Source: Acanthaster planci (taxonomy: Eukaryota). From it: DNA of 64,000 nt. The stretch is taken from positions 3,826,646 through 3,890,645 of the forward strand of contig NW_019091355.1 in assembly GCF_001949145.1 (NCBI RefSeq), given 5' to 3'. Under the pieces are notes generated by a model. That model did no database searches. It saw only the letters and a list, made by a program, of their open reading frames with translations, and was not told the origin of the DNA. Positions 26,101-48,713 of this stretch are shown here, piece by piece. A program made the position numbers and the translations under genes. Position 1 is the stretch's first letter, and every line of letters begins with the position of its first letter.

Positions 26101-29100
26101 GCAGGCCGCCAGGACCACGCGATGGGCGGGGAGCTCCACCCCCTCTGCTTCCAGCGTCACGTCGCACAGTATATTTTGTCTGAATGTTGAAACGAAAAAA
26201 GTGCCCACACTGAAAAGGCCCAGAGAACATAAGTAACCAATTTACCACAAGCCAGTTTCAGCATAACGCAATGTTGGCACTTTGGAAAGTTATACTAAGA
26301 GAATCTTTAATAGTACAAAGTCCTCACAGATGTGCAAAGTTGAGATGCACGGGACATTTTACACATACGTAAAAAACAATACTTGAGCCGCTTGGATGAC
26401 CTGCGTTTAAATTTGAAGCAAATCTGGATGCTAAACTTGTGAATGCTGTCAAAATGTATGGTCCAACTATAGAATCCACCGATGTCACTCATTCAAATTG
26501 CGTTCACTTCCAGCCCATTATGATATACCATGCCAGTATCTATTGCCATCAAACAACTTACGGCACCTTGCTGCATGATCTCACGTGCTTGTGCTTACAT
26601 GTCTGAAGCCAATCCTTTTTTACCCTTAAGTGGAGAGCAGGGGACTTACCGTCTGAAATCGTTGAGGATATCAAACGCCCGCTGGGTGTGGAGTATGTTG
26701 CGATAGGGCGGAGGGTCGATGGGAAGCAATTCCATGTCTTCCATGGTTACTGAATGGGATTCACTCCGGCTCTCTAGAAAGGACTGAACAGAGTCCAGTT
26801 AAGAATGCTGTGTTCAGGGGAAAGTTATGTCGTGGGGACCTGGATTTTTGTTCAGTTATGGCAGTTATGGGTCCTGTGCGAACTAAAACAGCTGAGGGAA
26901 AGAATGGGAAAAAAGGCAGCATCATTCAACATCAAATCAATGTGATTTTTGCCTGACCCTCACAGTGGGAACTTTAGGCCTACTTGGTAAGATGAACTGC
27001 CTGTATGGGTCCGAGTTGGCGTGGACATGCATGATGGGTCATGATTGTACTCCAGAAGAAAAAACCTAGTTAGTGCTGTGTGCAGACTGTGTTGAAAGGC
27101 GCCTGTCTATCTCCAATCCCACATCCAACTTATCTTTCCATCCATATCCTACTCCACCCCCTATCATCCTATCCATCTCCTACTCCACCCCCTCCCCATC
27201 ATCCTATCCACTTCTTTCTCTGCCCCCTCCCCATCATCCTATCCATCTCCTACTCCGACCCTCCCCATCATCCTATCCATCTCCTACTCCGACCCTCCCC
27301 ATCATCCTATCCATCTCCTACTCNNNNNNNNNNNNNNNNNNNNNNNNNNNNNNNNNNNNNNNNNNNNNNNNNNNNNNNNNNNNNNNNNNNNNNNNNNNNN
27401 NNNNNNNNNNNNNNNNNNNNNNNNNNNNNNNNNNNNNNNNNNNNNNNNNNNNNNNNNNNNNNNNNNNNNNNNNNNNNNNNNNNNNNNNNNNNNNNNNNNN
27501 NNNNNNNNNNNNNNNNNNNNNNNNNNNNNNNNNNNNNNNNNNNNNNNNNNNNNNNNNNNNNNNNNNNNNNNNNNNNNNNNNNNNNNNNNNNNNNNNNNNN
27601 NNNNNNNNNNNNNNNNNNNNNNNNNNNNNNNNNNNNNNNNNNNNNNNNNNNNNNNNNNNNNNNNNNNNNNNNNNNNNNNNNNNNNNNNNNNNNNNNNNNN
27701 NNNNNNNNNNNNNNNNNNNNNNNNNNNNNAATCCAGCCCAACCATTACACCAACCTTATCCAGCATTTCATCCACTTTCTACATACATGTACCTTGTCCC
27801 CATGATCCTCCTCCTACGGGTGCCCCTCCCCCAACAAACATCCTAATCTGTCACTTGGAGTCCCCCCCCCATCCCTTACATTTTCCCCACATACTGTACA
27901 TGTACATTTGTATGTGTCTGAACACTGTCTATACATACATACATGTACATCACAGGAGTGCTCAGTACATACGTACTGTATGTACAAAAGGGTAAGCACA
28001 CAACATAACTCAGAACTTTAACCACTTCCTGCTGGGGCAGTTATAAATGTTGATGATGCTGGGTCAGGATATTTATCATTTTTTTTCTGTTTACAAAATT
28101 CTTTAAAAATTCCTATCTTCATTTACTGGACACTTACAAACACATGAAGGACTGTCTGGTGGCCCCTCTAGCCTGACAGACAAAATCTATTGATGCCCGA
28201 GCATTTCAGCCAGGCCTGCAGCCTTGTAAAAAGAGCCCAGACTGTGCGGTGTTATATAACTTTCTTTTGTTCACGAACCTGGTTCAGTACGCTGCTGCTG
28301 CTGCTGCTGCTGCTGACCTCTTTTTAAAAGATTAGCATGCAGCTGTGCTGTGTGGCTCATCGCGTAGAGCCCTTTTGTCCCAGTGATAATCCGCTGGCTC
28401 TAAATGCCCCAAACCGTGGTATACTGTTTCAAAACAAGGCTGGATTACCTCCACTTTTGAGAGTGAAAAAATGTCGGTAATGCCCAGCAGCCTGGCCTTT
28501 TGTTCAGAGTACGGTCTTTTGTTACAAGGCCCTGTTCCATTTGTCCGAGTTCGGAGCCCCCGGCCACGCATATAAAGCATACATGTCCGGATCCAGAATC
28601 CCCGGTAGGAAGTGGTTAACATTAAACTTTTAGAATTTTTACATTAAATTTGTAAGTTTCTAAGCATTAATGCCATGTGAGACTATTTAAATACTGATGG
28701 AATTCCAAAAGAAAGCAAACAAGCCCTCAATGGCACATTATAACACCTATGGACCTGCAAGGAAAAACTTTTAATATTTGAGGGCGGCCGGACGGACAGA
28801 AGACGGAAATCGGTATTACATAGGCTCGCACTTGCTTTGCAGCTCGCCAAAAACACCTCTTTTGGACCAGACCCACTGTGATTGAAACTCCTTTGATCCC
28901 GTAGCATCACAACACCCACCGTCGTCTTGAATAAAGCCCCCTCTAGCGGCACAAGGAACAGAGTCCCCAAGTCATCAGTGGTAAAAACGCAGAGTGAATT
29001 GCTGAGCGGATTAGGATTACATGTATTGGAGAACTACTGACGCGCTCCATCAGGATTTACTTACATTAAGCTTTTGAAGAGGCCTTTCAATTGTACGCGT

Positions 29101-31025
29101 TGTAAAAATGCTATGGACAATGGTTTTTGACACTATGGGTTAGGCAAAAGTGCTTGTCTCATGTGTGTTCTCATCTTAGCACAGCTGTTATTAAGTTGAA
29201 TAAATTTTCTCTCATAGGAATGTGTGCATTTTGAACGGGACTGATGAAATATGCTTGTAGTAAGCCTGATCTCGTCTCAAGCGTGCTCGTTTTAATTGTG
29301 TTCGACTGTATACCAAAAAGTATGCAGTTGTCAACTGTCATGACTGTGGTATTGATTTTTCAGAATAACAGGCGCTTTTAATGTAATGGCGAACTGACAC
29401 ACATGCAGCCCTGAAGTCGCCACCTAACATGCCTGAGCGTGGCCGACTTAAATTTATTATCAGAACATTTTCATGTCAAGGAAGAATAAACCACATTGAA
29501 ATGGAAGCAGACTATGGTGACTATACTGGTGTTCGTTGCCTTGAGCACCCTGCTCTCTAATAAGGGAACAAATTCTGCTTTTTCAAACCAACTTATAAAA
29601 CCAGCTGTTGGTGATGCCCTCTTTCGTATCAGAAAGAAAAGAGAACAGGGCTTTTGGTTTTTGAGGGAAATGTTGGGGTAAACGGCAGGGTACATGACCG
29701 CCGCGAATATTTAGAGAATTCAAAGTCACTACTCTGGCATACTCCGTGTGACTTTGAGCCAACACAGTTTACATGGTGTCGTAACTCATAATGCTATGGG
29801 GTTTTGGAATAGAAGTTTTGTAGTGAAATGGTTCACAGGTGTAAAAACGCTCTTAAATCAAATCTTCCCATCAGCAAGCCCAATTAATCTATACCTCTTA
29901 AAAAGCGGGATAGCAAAGTTTCAGAGCATGAGACTGAATATTTTTGAAAAAAAATGAGATTTTTGTTCACCAACTTTTCACTTCCACCCGTTGACTGTTG
30001 CTCTGTTGCCGTTCGTGTTTATCAGACTGTGCATATGTCAAGCCCATCAATGACAGCGCTTGCTCCGCATCTTGGTTCCACAATTTTGGGTGGTGGGGGG
30101 GTTGAAGGATTTTTAAGTCTCGCAATCTGTCACCGCTACACAGCACAGCACGTCACACGTCCTGCCCAATGCCATGGGTGTTTCCAGATCACAGCAGCCA
30201 TGGCAGCAGCCAGGATGGTCCCACGATGAAAACAACACAAGATGTCATCCTCCTATTTAGTCCTGTGCCTAAACTAGGCCTTTCACTCAGTATCAAGATT
30301 TAGTAATGGTCCTTAAGGTCAAAATGTTAGTTAGGATAGTTCAGAAAGTAGACTTCGTTTCCTTATTATAAATAATATAGGAACAGGCATGACAGGGTGC
30401 TAAGGCCAATGAAAGTCATGAAGGTATTGAACATTTTTGCTGGCATCAGGCCTAACTAACGTCACGCACGTTCGTGACGTCATACACAGCAGGTCTACAA
30501 GGTACTTAACTGATAGGTTAGTAAAATACTTACCAAAATATGTGAACTTGAGTAACTCTATCAATCGTTACGGTACACATTTTTATTGACTTAGTGCATG
30601 CTCAGTGCGACAGTGTTGAGCTGAAAAGTGCTACCCATTTGACACTTGGGCGGTACCTGATCGACACTTGGTAAATTACTCGTAGTATCACGTTGCAAAG
30701 CACAAGGCCTTAAAGGAGCCAGACTATAGTGCGGCGAGAAGGCCGCCTTGTGGGTACAGTCCACTAATTCAAGCTCTGTGCAAAATCAGCAATGTTCAGG
30801 GCCCAATAACATGCATAAACATCCCTGATATTTCATAAACACATAGGAAATTATTGTCCAGTCCCTAATCCTTCAATTTCTTTTCAATTTTTTGTGGGTT
30901 AACCAATTACATTTTTAATTATTCCCACAAACAAAATCACCCCCCGAAAAGTGATCTTTTCTGTAGTCCGATGGCAGCCATTTTTCAAGTGGCAACCCTC
31001 AACTTTCTCGGGCACTTACGACCAT
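17002..31025 (-). CDS. KLHL2: KLHL2/KLHL3/kelch ortholog: BTB-BACK-6x kelch Cullin3 substrate adaptor, 12 coding exons, ~589 aa
   Basis: Exons 31025-31020, 26783-26650, 26179-25951, 25391-25216, 24268-24172, 23520-23254, 22100-21983, 20703-20506, 19813-19712, 19049-18921, 18099-17959, 17174-17002 sum to 1770 nt, all GT-AG and phase-compatible. Motifs [55 protein letters not shown]-terminal IDKP are typical of KLHL2/3/kelch. First mini-exon is tentative; alternative start ACCATGG at 26744 gives 574 aa. Confidence 0.93.
17959..18099 (-). CDS. KLHL2: kelch gene exon 11 ([29 protein letters not shown]...RRNA)
   Basis: Kelch repeat, AG/GT bounded, 141 nt, phase 1-1. Confidence 0.92.
18921..19049 (-). 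CDS. KLHL2: kelch gene exon 10 ([25 protein letters not shown]...RRSGA)
   Basis: Kelch repeat, CTGCAG/GTAGA, 129 nt. Confidence 0.93.
19145..19195. mobile_element. 51-bp palindromic piggyBac-type mini element
   Basis: CCCTAACAGTCCTCAATCCT...AGGACTGAGGACTGTCAGGG (18/20 inverted match), flanked by TTGA/TTAA. Confidence 0.6.
19712..19813 (-). CDS. KLHL2: kelch gene exon 9 ([34 protein letters not shown])
   Basis: TTGCAG/GTAAT, 102 nt. Confidence 0.93.
20506..20703 (-). CDS. KLHL2: kelch gene exon 8 ([29 protein letters not shown]...AVGGFDGTT)
   Basis: CTCAG/GTACG, 198 nt. Confidence 0.93.
20808..20988. mobile_element. piggyBac-type MITE
   Basis: TTAA|CCCCTTCACGCTGGGA ... TCCCTGAGCGAAGGGG|TTAG; 13/16 TIR match. 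Confidence 0.6.
21224..21640. mobile_element. probable piggyBac-type non-autonomous element
   Basis: TTAA|CCCC...GGGG|TTAA; right end resembles the TIR at 20808; left TIR degenerate. Confidence 0.45.
21983..22100 (-). CDS. KLHL2: kelch gene exon 7 ([39 protein letters not shown])
   Basis: TCCAG/GTAGA, 118 nt. Confidence 0.93.
22565..22772. mobile_element. short TIR element (MITE)
   Basis: GAGGTTTTTCAC ... GTGAAAATCCTC, 11/12 inverted match. Confidence 0.4.
23254..23520 (-). CDS. KLHL2: kelch gene exon 6, BACK/IVR (VFEAVVGWV...HVRLPLLS...IEAMKYHLL...PIGLPK)
   Basis: CCCTAG/GTCTG, 267 nt, phase 0-0. Confidence 0.93.
24172..24268 (-). CDS. KLHL2: kelch gene exon 5, BACK ([32 protein letters not shown])
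   Basis: TACAG/GTAAG, 97 nt. Confidence 0.92.
25216..25391 (-). CDS. KLHL2: kelch gene exon 4 ([11 protein letters not shown]...[17 protein letters not shown]...QHFS)
   Basis: TGTCAG/GTAGG, 176 nt. Confidence 0.93.
25951..26179 (-). CDS. KLHL2: kelch gene exon 3, BTB (QNILCDVTL...[17 protein letters not shown]...EENVQ)
   Basis: TTCAG/GTGAG, 229 nt. Confidence 0.94.
26650..26783 (-). CDS. KLHL2: kelch gene exon 2 ([20 protein letters not shown]...[13 protein letters not shown])
   Basis: GTAAGT donor; HxxxAFxxLNxxR pre-BTB motif; acceptor position less certain. Confidence 0.8.
27140..27323. repeat. ~34-bp C-rich minisatellite running into an assembly gap
   Basis: Repeated CCCTCCCCATCATCCTATCCATCTCCTACTCCGA; gap at 27324-27729. 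Confidence 0.85.
28291..28315. repeat. (CTG)8 microsatellite
   Basis: Directly visible. Confidence 0.9.
31020..31025 (-). CDS. KLHL2: candidate kelch first coding exon (ATG GTC|GTAAGT)
   Basis: AAAATGG context and consensus donor; phase 0 fits the acceptor at 26783 and gives a KLHL2/3-sized protein. Inference only. Confidence 0.4.
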
Positions 31026-34000
31026 TTTTCAACCGCAGTTTTTAGCCATTCTGCTCTCATATGAAAGCTCAAAGACTGTGGGGGCACTCTTAATTCTAAT
31101 GAGCTGGCCAGAAATTCTCACTCGAATTAGTGGTCTTCACCTTTAGCCTAGGCGTTTGATGTTTTAACCATCAAAGGAACTTCATTTACAAATGAAGAGG
31201 AAATTATGCTCCAAAATTGATTAGTAGAAGGAAACCTCAATTTAAGAAAATATGAGTTGAATGGAAATATTTTAACCCTTGGCCTAATGTAGTCTGTAGT
31301 TTTGGACAGCTGAGCAGCAGTTATTGCAGGGGAAACTGCAACTGTGAAAAGGCCGGGGGGGGGGGGCTCTACAAAATCCAACACCTTTGAGTACTTGAGC
31401 ACCTGGGTTGGGTTGACCTTAGTCAAACCAGCTTTTCCTCACTGGAAAAGATTATATCTTTTCAAATTCATAAGACTCATAAGCTTATATAAATATTTTT
31501 TTAAAAGACTCATATAATTCTCTTCTGCAACACAAAAATGACAAACACTATCAATGGCAAGAAAGGAATTTTGCCGATAATAAAATAAAAGGCAGTTCTC
31601 TGAGCTCCCTTTTTGTAGCGAAGCCCCTGGATTGACCAGGGCATATATTATTGTTTCTCCTTTAACTTGCTAATTTAGATTTTCGAAGCTGGATAATGAT
31701 TTGTCATGGAAAACCTGCTTTCAGCCTCACTGGCTGTTGCAAGTTAGAATGCAACATTTGATAACTGGCTTGATGATAGACTGGCTTTTTATATCCCAAT
31801 AGCAGATTACTGCCCATCTGAGGGCTTGTTTTTCTGTGGATAATACAAACAACTTGACAGTAGTCCTAAAAAAATAGGGGTGAATGAAATGGGAGTTTTG
31901 CTTTGCCTCCCTGAAAATCCAAACTCTGTTTGAAAGTTGAATCTCACATGATGTAGCAACGTACGCCTTATTATCGTCTTATTTTAAATGACACTCCTAT
32001 TGAAAAGGAATAACCATGCAATTGCATTTTGCCCAAAGGATGTTTTAGACATTTTTTGTATCCCTTTTTTCAGTTCGAGATTAATGAAATCAAAAGACTT
32101 GCAGTTGGGAGAAGTTCTAACGGGCCTTGGAAATACTGCAACACAGAAAAAGTGCTACTAACCTTAACCCCCTAGGGTGCGAGTAAAATCATATTGAAAT
32201 CAAAGGATTCAGGGCTGTCAGGGCAAAGGCAAATCAATGCAATAACTGACCGTGCTTATCCAGAGGCATTTCAAGTTTAATCAATGTTTAATCACCCGTA
32301 TGTGAACATTTAACACCCAAAAAACCTTTTGAGTTTGGTTTGGATGTGGAAGACAGGGCCAAACAAGCATTTCTTGTCCTCACAGCAAACGATGACTGAC
32401 ACTCATTGCAACCCAACTCAAGGGAACGTGATTGTACGAGCAAAAACAAACCAATCTGTTGGTCTAGACCGCTCCATGGCGAGTTCACAAGCTTGGAGGA
32501 AGCCCTTGGTGTTCAAACGTATCACGGGAAGATCTTTTTTTGGGGGGGGGGGTTTCACTAGCAGTGTTCACCTGCTAGCACCTACATGCCACAATCGCAC
32601 AATGCATAGAATCCAAATGGGGAACAAGCTCTTTGGCAGCAAATCTGACAAAAATTGACTAACACTTAAAATTACAGTCCAAGAAAGCAATAATTTCTCT
32701 GATCTTTAGGTTCATCTTCATTACTAAAAAATTTTACAAGTAAGTTAGCATGAGGCCAGCAATTATGACCACCAATGACCTTGCGACAGGCACATCTGAA
32801 ATAGGCTAGGGTGTCACAATTTTTAATCCAAGCACACAAAGTCGCACATATTTGCTTCCCAAAACATGGTGTCAAGTGGTTCTTCAGAGTTTTTTAACAC
32901 TGGTCTGGAATTTGGAGGATTTGTAACTATTTTCAGCAATCAAAAAAAAAAAAATCAACAACTGTAAAGCAATCAGCAACACCCCACAAACTTGTACATA
33001 CATGTGCACGTTCACAAGTAGAAGTCTTGACAGAAATAAAAATCAATGACAAGGGTTGAATCTCCTTTTCAAAGTACTGTGCGACTTTTCCATTTTTTTT
33101 CTTTTACAATCTTTTGTTCTTCATTATTGATGTCTTTACACAATTAAATGCGATCTCTAAATTGACGACTCTACTTCGTCACACAGTTATGCTAATACAC
33201 GTGAAGCATACAGATCACAAGTACTGACTAAGCACAGGTCTCTGGCGTACATGTATTTATGTAGGGCTCTTAAAAGTAAGATTTGATTTTGAAAATAAAA
33301 TAAAAATAAAAGCCATTGCCCAAGTGATTTTTATGAAGCACAGATTAAATGTCAAGCAAAATCTAACACTACAAACGAGGAAACAAACAAGGGAAGTAAA
33401 ATTGGCTATGCACTGTTCATTCACTTCTCACTACAAGCCAGCACCTCGGGAAATTATGCAAGAAAAACCAGGGAAAACAAGGAAGTAAGACAGCACAAGA
33501 CATCACACAGACAAAATTGTTAAGCATTTGCACCATTTCAACTGTAAGTCTGATGTTCAAGCTAGAACAGAAACGCACATTTATCACAGTTTAAAATTCT
33601 TAGCCATAAACTTAAGCTTGGAGTGCAACACTTCTGCGTCCTACTGCGTCCACCTACTGAGCTTAACTTGCTTGTATGCAGTGAAGTCAGCAAGCACTTC
33701 CGTGTACATGTATGACTTGTATTCAGGCATACAGGATCACCAAATCCGGTTTCCCTGGGACAGCATCACGGCATCTGCATGAGGCTGGTCGGAGCAGTTC
33801 TCTGCAAACATGGTTAAACTCCATGGTCCTGTACACACTTCCAACAGTTTTAAGTGGAATCCATACACCATAGTCTGAACAGAGCCAAAATCTGCCAACC
33901 CCAAAGGCCTGTACCAACGAAGACATTTAACTGCATTATACCAGCTAGCCTGTGGAGTGCCTATACTTGTTGTCTTTCAGCCCTGCTTCCAAACACTCTT

Positions 34001-36425
34001 GGGACACACCTGCGGTCTTGCAGCAGGCCACGGAGATAATGCAAATACCACACAGTACATGTGAACTGTGGGATAGTTCAAAGATGGCACTGTTTTTGGA
34101 CAGTACAGTAAGCGTGGTTGGGTAGGATTCTCAAGTTGACACATTTTGCACAGCAAAATTACACAAAATGTTCTGTCACATTCTATGAGTGGTGGTTGGG
34201 GGGGTGGTGCTTTGAGTTACAATGGGGTTAAAAGTCATACCGGCACGAATCTACAAGCACTGGTCTCATGAATACATCTGAGGATTACGCTGTGTTCTTG
34301 TAAATTCACTCCTCATTAAGTTGAAGTATGACACACAAATATAATAGACTGCCTCCACAAACTGACTGGCCGACATAAAAGGGGGAGAAAATGTCGAAGA
34401 AAGAAAAACTATTCTCACAAACTTTTTTGGCAGGTTTTTTACATGATAAACATTTATTTCCTGTTAATCTCACGTATGTGCATTTGTGTAATCTAAGCAA
34501 AGGAGAAACAAGACGAGGCATTATTAAAGGACCCAGGTTTGTTAACAATGGCGAATCAAATGCTCGCATTACGGAGTACCTAGAACAGTCAAATCAAGCT
34601 GTGGGGTTTACAGTCACTAACACAAAGCGTGGCAAATTTTAACAGCTCTCGGGCGGACTGCTAGCAGGGCTTTATCTTCATCAAACCCCAGCGTCAACAA
34701 TCTAACGAGGGTACAAACCACAGCATGCTTCCCAGCAAGTGTGAGGAACTTAATGATGTACATGCAACGTGCGGTGTCTGTATTCGTCGACTGTAAAGTC
34801 TACAGAGCATACCCAGAGGGGTTGGAACTCACCACGCTGTGCTGTTCGGTGAAGAGAGCAGAATACCCCTGCTTCAAAGTACTTCATCTTTGCATCAATT
34901 TAAAGCAAACGGCCCACTTACATGTACCACCCATCGTCAAATGTGGGTCTTTTTCAGTTTGATCACAGGCAAGTAGAAAAACATGAGGGCAAAATGGGTT
35001 GGTTCCCATGATACGACAGGACTTGCACTGGTGTTTACACTGCATAAGAGGAACTGGGTCCAGAGAGAGGCTTAGTCTATGTTTTGTACCGTCTGTACAA
35101 AATGTAATAAACAGGGAATATATATTACAAGATGTAGTCAAGAGTTTACATGTAAGTGTGGCGATTTGTAAAAATCTAGACATCACAGCAAATTAAGCAA
35201 AGTTTCTTTTGAAGGAAATCTTTCCTCCGACTAAACGTTCTCCAACAAGAGTGTTTGTAAATAGAATGGTGACCTGAAATATGTCAGGGTCGGGGCACCA
35301 GACAACGTTTTGGTTCAAACGAGAAGCCACTATACACATACAAGACATACTAAACCCATCGTAACAGAAACAGACGTGACCGATTTCCAGAATGAGGTCA
35401 TGACGTGGTGTATGAGGAATGGTTTCAGTGGGCAAATCTCCAAATTGCATATTTCTCTTCGCTACACTGAACCATCTGAGATTAGTAACTGCAAGCGATG
35501 ACAGTCCCTCCCCTTCCCACGCTGAAAAAGGAAGACTCTGCCCATTACGATAGATTTGCCTTTACACGAGTAATGTTTGTTTGACACGGATTCGTGGTAC
35601 CTACAGTACAACTCAAAGATACCTATCTTCTACAAAAATTTCTCTTTGGAAAAAAGCCTAACACAGTCTCTACAAAGTTGACAGAAATGTTCAGTGAGCT
35701 GCAGGGAGGTTTTTTCTGATTTCTGTCCATGAAAGAGTTGGCGGACTGTAAGGGAAGGATGGGGGGAAAGGTTTGAGGGGGAAAAAAAGAAATCACGGGG
35801 GGAACGATACATCGAGCCATTAGTGCTGTTGTATACAAAAACAGACTGACACAAAATTCAGAGAAGCAAATTAGAATTACCAAGGCCATTTAGTACCAAA
35901 AAAAAAAGGAACTTAACGCGAAATGCGGGCACTGACCATAAACTTCTTTTCCCTGTGTTTTTTTAAAACCTTTTGAGTTTGAAATTTTTGGCAGAGAAAT
36001 GTCAAAGACTGACATCAGAAATATCCATTTTTCTGTGCAGTACAGGCTACAAAATGGCGTTTCTTTAACCCCAAACAACTTGCCAAATTTGTTTTCAATC
36101 GTTTGGGGGGTCTCTAAAATAACATGTTGCTTTTCCATTTTGCTCGTAAATGGCCTTGAGTGTTACAAATCCACAAAATCAACAAATAAACCAAATTAAG
36201 TAAAGACTCAAGTATCTGTTAAAAAAACAAAGACAAGATGACAACTCCCCCAAAGAAAATGACAACAGGAGGGGGAGGAATGATGGGGAACCGCCCACTT
36301 GTATGGTCAGAAGATTGCCCAACCCCTACTTCCTGATTCAAAGCTTACGGTTGTGGATTTGTCCCGTTTGATGATGCTGAGCCCTTTTAGTGATTTCTTT
36401 TTGTATGTTTAGGGGGAGCGGCTGA

Positions 36426-45158
<8,733 letters not shown>

Positions 45159-47224
45159 ATCTGTTGAAGTTAGTTAATTTGTTGGGAGAAGAATCTAGAG
45201 ACTCTAAACAATGACCAATTCGACTTCCTTCTTCGCCTTTCTTTTGCTTTTTTTTCACCTTTACCTAGCGCCTGCGCTGCGCTGCTGCATGCCACTCAAA
45301 TTTTCGACAGTCATTATTCGATTCAAACTACACCGACAGTATCAGTTTCGATACTATGGTACTGAAATTTCTTAGTGTTCCGAAACGGGGGCTTTCATTC
45401 TACAGGTTTTTATCTCACTGAGCAAATGTAAAATTGTATACAACGCTAAAGAAACGTACTTTGATTTTCATTTGTACAATACCAAACTAAACAAATAATT
45501 GTGATGGCAAACTAAACACCTTTCTCTTCCCGCCTGTCGCTTGATTCTTTCCCGTAGGTATAAAACATCGATTCTAAGATTTTTTTCTGGCATCGATCCT
45601 GCATTACTCGTCACCACCGACTGATTCCGCAATGCGCAATAATTTGAATATTCATGTCCCGTAACGTGACCACATATTTCCATGACGTCATGGCTATAAA
45701 AGTCTGACCCCTGATGGTGCGCTTCCGGTACTCTTGAGAGCAAGAAATAACGTGAAAAAAAATAAAATAAAAATAAGCCATGAATTAGTGCAGGACTGCG
45801 CAACAGCCATCGCTTCAGTACTTCATGAATGTTTCAAGTTCAATCCTGCAAAAGGCATGCGATCGCCGGGATCAGGGTGGGTGAAATTCAGCGTTGAAAT
45901 TAAGCAGCATAATTGCCCCCTTTTTGAACCCGTTGACTTGATAAAATGTAAGCCCGTCAGAAGTGTCCGAAGCCTACTTCGGGAAATTCAAATAAAGACC
46001 TTGGAAAGTCGGTTTAATCAACACATTAAGCGTGTCTAAAAAAAGTAGCAATTTCTGAAACTCTAGCGTATAGTTTTTGGAGAGCGCTTCCATATCTTCA
46101 GATCCTTTATTACTCAGCTGCCCAGGTTTTCTTTTCGGGGGGGGGCCCGTACTGAATAGTCTTCATGTAAGTGTGAGAGTAACTTTTAAACAGACTGAAG
46201 TTCAATGTCCAAAATGTGCATTAAACTTTTTTCTGGAAGATTTTAAAGGATCACAGAAAGTTTATTTTCAGGCTGGAAATTAAAAGAAAATCAAACCAAT
46301 CCCATATTCCATAAACCACCATGTTTCAAATCAACTACAATTTCTGGCACACCCCAAGTCAAACCCTTTCTGACTTTGTGCGTTGCAGTTATTGGCTAAA
46401 TTATCAAGAGAACAGCGAGATTTATCTCTGTAACTGCCTTAATAGTTTTTAGCATTACATCTACAACCCCCAACCAATATTTATTTTTAAAAACGGTGCG
46501 AAATTCTCTCTAATTTCTAGTGTAATCTGCATTAATGCCATTAAAGAGATCCAAGAGAACTCGTGGTTTGTCGTATCCAATTCATCCGTATTCAATTTAC
46601 ATGTATGTCATAATAATCTTCGATTTTCAGAAAGTTTGAGAAAACAGAAAAACGTTTGGTTAATACACCTATGGATTTTGCCGCAGATTTTTATGACTGG
46701 CCAGCTTTGGAGTTCGACATTTTACTGTAGGTTTCATCAGGTTGGCTCGTTTCGTGTTTTGTATTCAGTGCTCTGAGAAACATTAAGAAAATTGCAGTCC
46801 TTGTTCAGTACGGTCAAAGCGAAGATCGTTCAATAATCACAATGCATCGCACAAACCACAGGGCGTTCCCGAGTGAGTGAGTGAACGCACAAGCGGGATC
46901 CCCCCCCCAAGTTTGTCTCTGGTCAGACTGATGTTCCGGAATTGATACAGCGACGCGGCTTTTTTCCCCCTTCTCCAGGGTTGGATTGTACAAACAGAGT
47001 GGGTTACGATTTTTTTTTTGTGTGTGTGTCTTCATTTACATGTACCTTGGTATCCTCCATCATTTGCCTTTGTGCCCTTCTTCGTTCCTTGTTGCTCCCC
47101 ATGTTGTGGCAGTGCGGCAATAGAGGGCGCTGTTGCAGCTATCGAAGAGAAAAAAAGATTGACGCTCATGCTTGAAATCAACGCGCGCCCTGACCAGAAG
47201 CGAAAGATTTTTGTAACCTCTTCT

Positions 47225-47760
47225 AATTCTACAGAACAAAAATAAACAGGTGCTCTGCCCCCCTGAAAAGTGCAAATTTTTCACAGCCAATCTGAGGTTC
47301 GTAAATTTACCTTTAAGTAATGCGCTTGTCAACAGATGTAGGATCTAAGCAATATTTATGGGCACAAAGGAAATTATGGCTGGAAAAAAGGGAGGATTTA
47401 AGTTTGGAAACTGCGCTTTTTATTGTCGAACGTAGGCCTTCTCTGCATTTGGGAAGCTCTGAAAGGGTCGTCATTTTGGCCGACTTGTCAACATTTATTT
47501 TTTTAAAACAGAGCTTCAGGGGATACACCGAGTGCTTTCCTATTGGAAAATGGTTTTATTGCCAGTCTTGAGAGGAGACTAGTTTGAAAGGAGACCAATT
47601 TTCACGCCTCTGAATCCCCAAGAGCCAAGCTGTAGCCTTAAGGCCCTATTCAAGTCGACTATAGTTCTGTAAAAAAATTCTCGCCCGGTCAGGGAGACTC
47701 ATAAAAAGGACAGGCTTATGCTAAATTTGCTTCACAGCTCTGCCAGATTGAACCAAAATC
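47225..47760. repeat. Dispersed repeat; inverted homolog at ~61760-62680
   Basis: GAAAGGGTCGTCATTTTGGCCGACTTGTCAAC (47461) is close to the reverse complement of GTTGACAAGTTGGCCAAAATGACTACCCTTTC (62286); several more collinear blocks. Confidence 0.75.
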
Positions 47761-48713
47761 TGTACAACTACCACAAATTACGCGAAACCCCTCATAAACT
47801 CACAACTAGATGTTATAAAACTGTCTCACTAAAGCACGAAATACATGATAGACAAGCTACACACGCATGCAGGTGCTGTAAATATTGCCTAATCAAGAAA
47901 ATTAATTCACCCACCAAACCTTAGCTCAGACGACAAATTATTGTACCTTGGAGTTAGCGCCTCCTCGACAATGTAGATTTATGGAAAAGCCTTTCCTGAA
48001 ATAAATAGTCCTATGCAGTCGACTCGTGTGTGACACTAATACATGTACAAGAATTACGTCTGTGCGTACGCTGTCATGCTCAGTAACCTCACTTTCAGGT
48101 AAGTTTACGCATCAATGAAAGTCTAAAAACTCTTTCTTACCCGAGTTATTTATAATAAAGGGCAAACAGGAAATTGCATCTTCAAACATAGGAGAGTTAA
48201 CGTGTGGAAATCGTACTTTTTGGTTGGCGACAGTCCTCTCGCTATGCAGCTTGGAAACGGCCACCATGTCCCCATGTCATGAAAATGACCACCACAAGGA
48301 CAAATGCAAAACTGGTACTATAAAATACAGCAGGGCTATGGAAATACCGACCAAAAGTGTAGAGGTATACATGTTTATGAGGTGTAAAAAATGATGTTAA
48401 GGCTGACAATTTTAGTTTTACTGGAGCAATAAGTTTTTTACTCTTCTCATATCTATGGGGCGAACATGCCCGTGGAAGTGAATTAATTTGGTCGGGCAGT
48501 GACATCGACTTGAAAATGCTTTTCCATCGACAATGTTGATCAACACTGGATCGTATGATGAAGTTGAACCGTCCCAATTTGAACCAGAGTAGGGTCATAA
48601 TGAAATTCGTGCAGATAGCCGTAGTCATTTGCCGAGAATGACATCCAACTTACTTTACTCGTTTTTTCTCTTTTCTTGTGCTATAAAGCCCCCATATTTC
48701 GGCTGCAAGATCA

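Noticed and set aside
16930..26236. + strand ORFs overlapping kelch exons (16930, 20438, 23329, 25167, 25813)
   Set aside because: Antisense shadows of GC3-rich exons; no independent motifs.
31026..31049. ATG GCT AAA AAC TGC GGT TGA in frame upstream of the candidate kelch start
   Set aside because: Six-codon uORF in an exon that is itself tentative; insufficient support.
46535..46562. ATGCCATTAAAGAGATCCAAGAGAACTC resembling a UBE2D start (MALKRIQKEL) on +
   Set aside because: Needs indels and has no continuation; likely chance.
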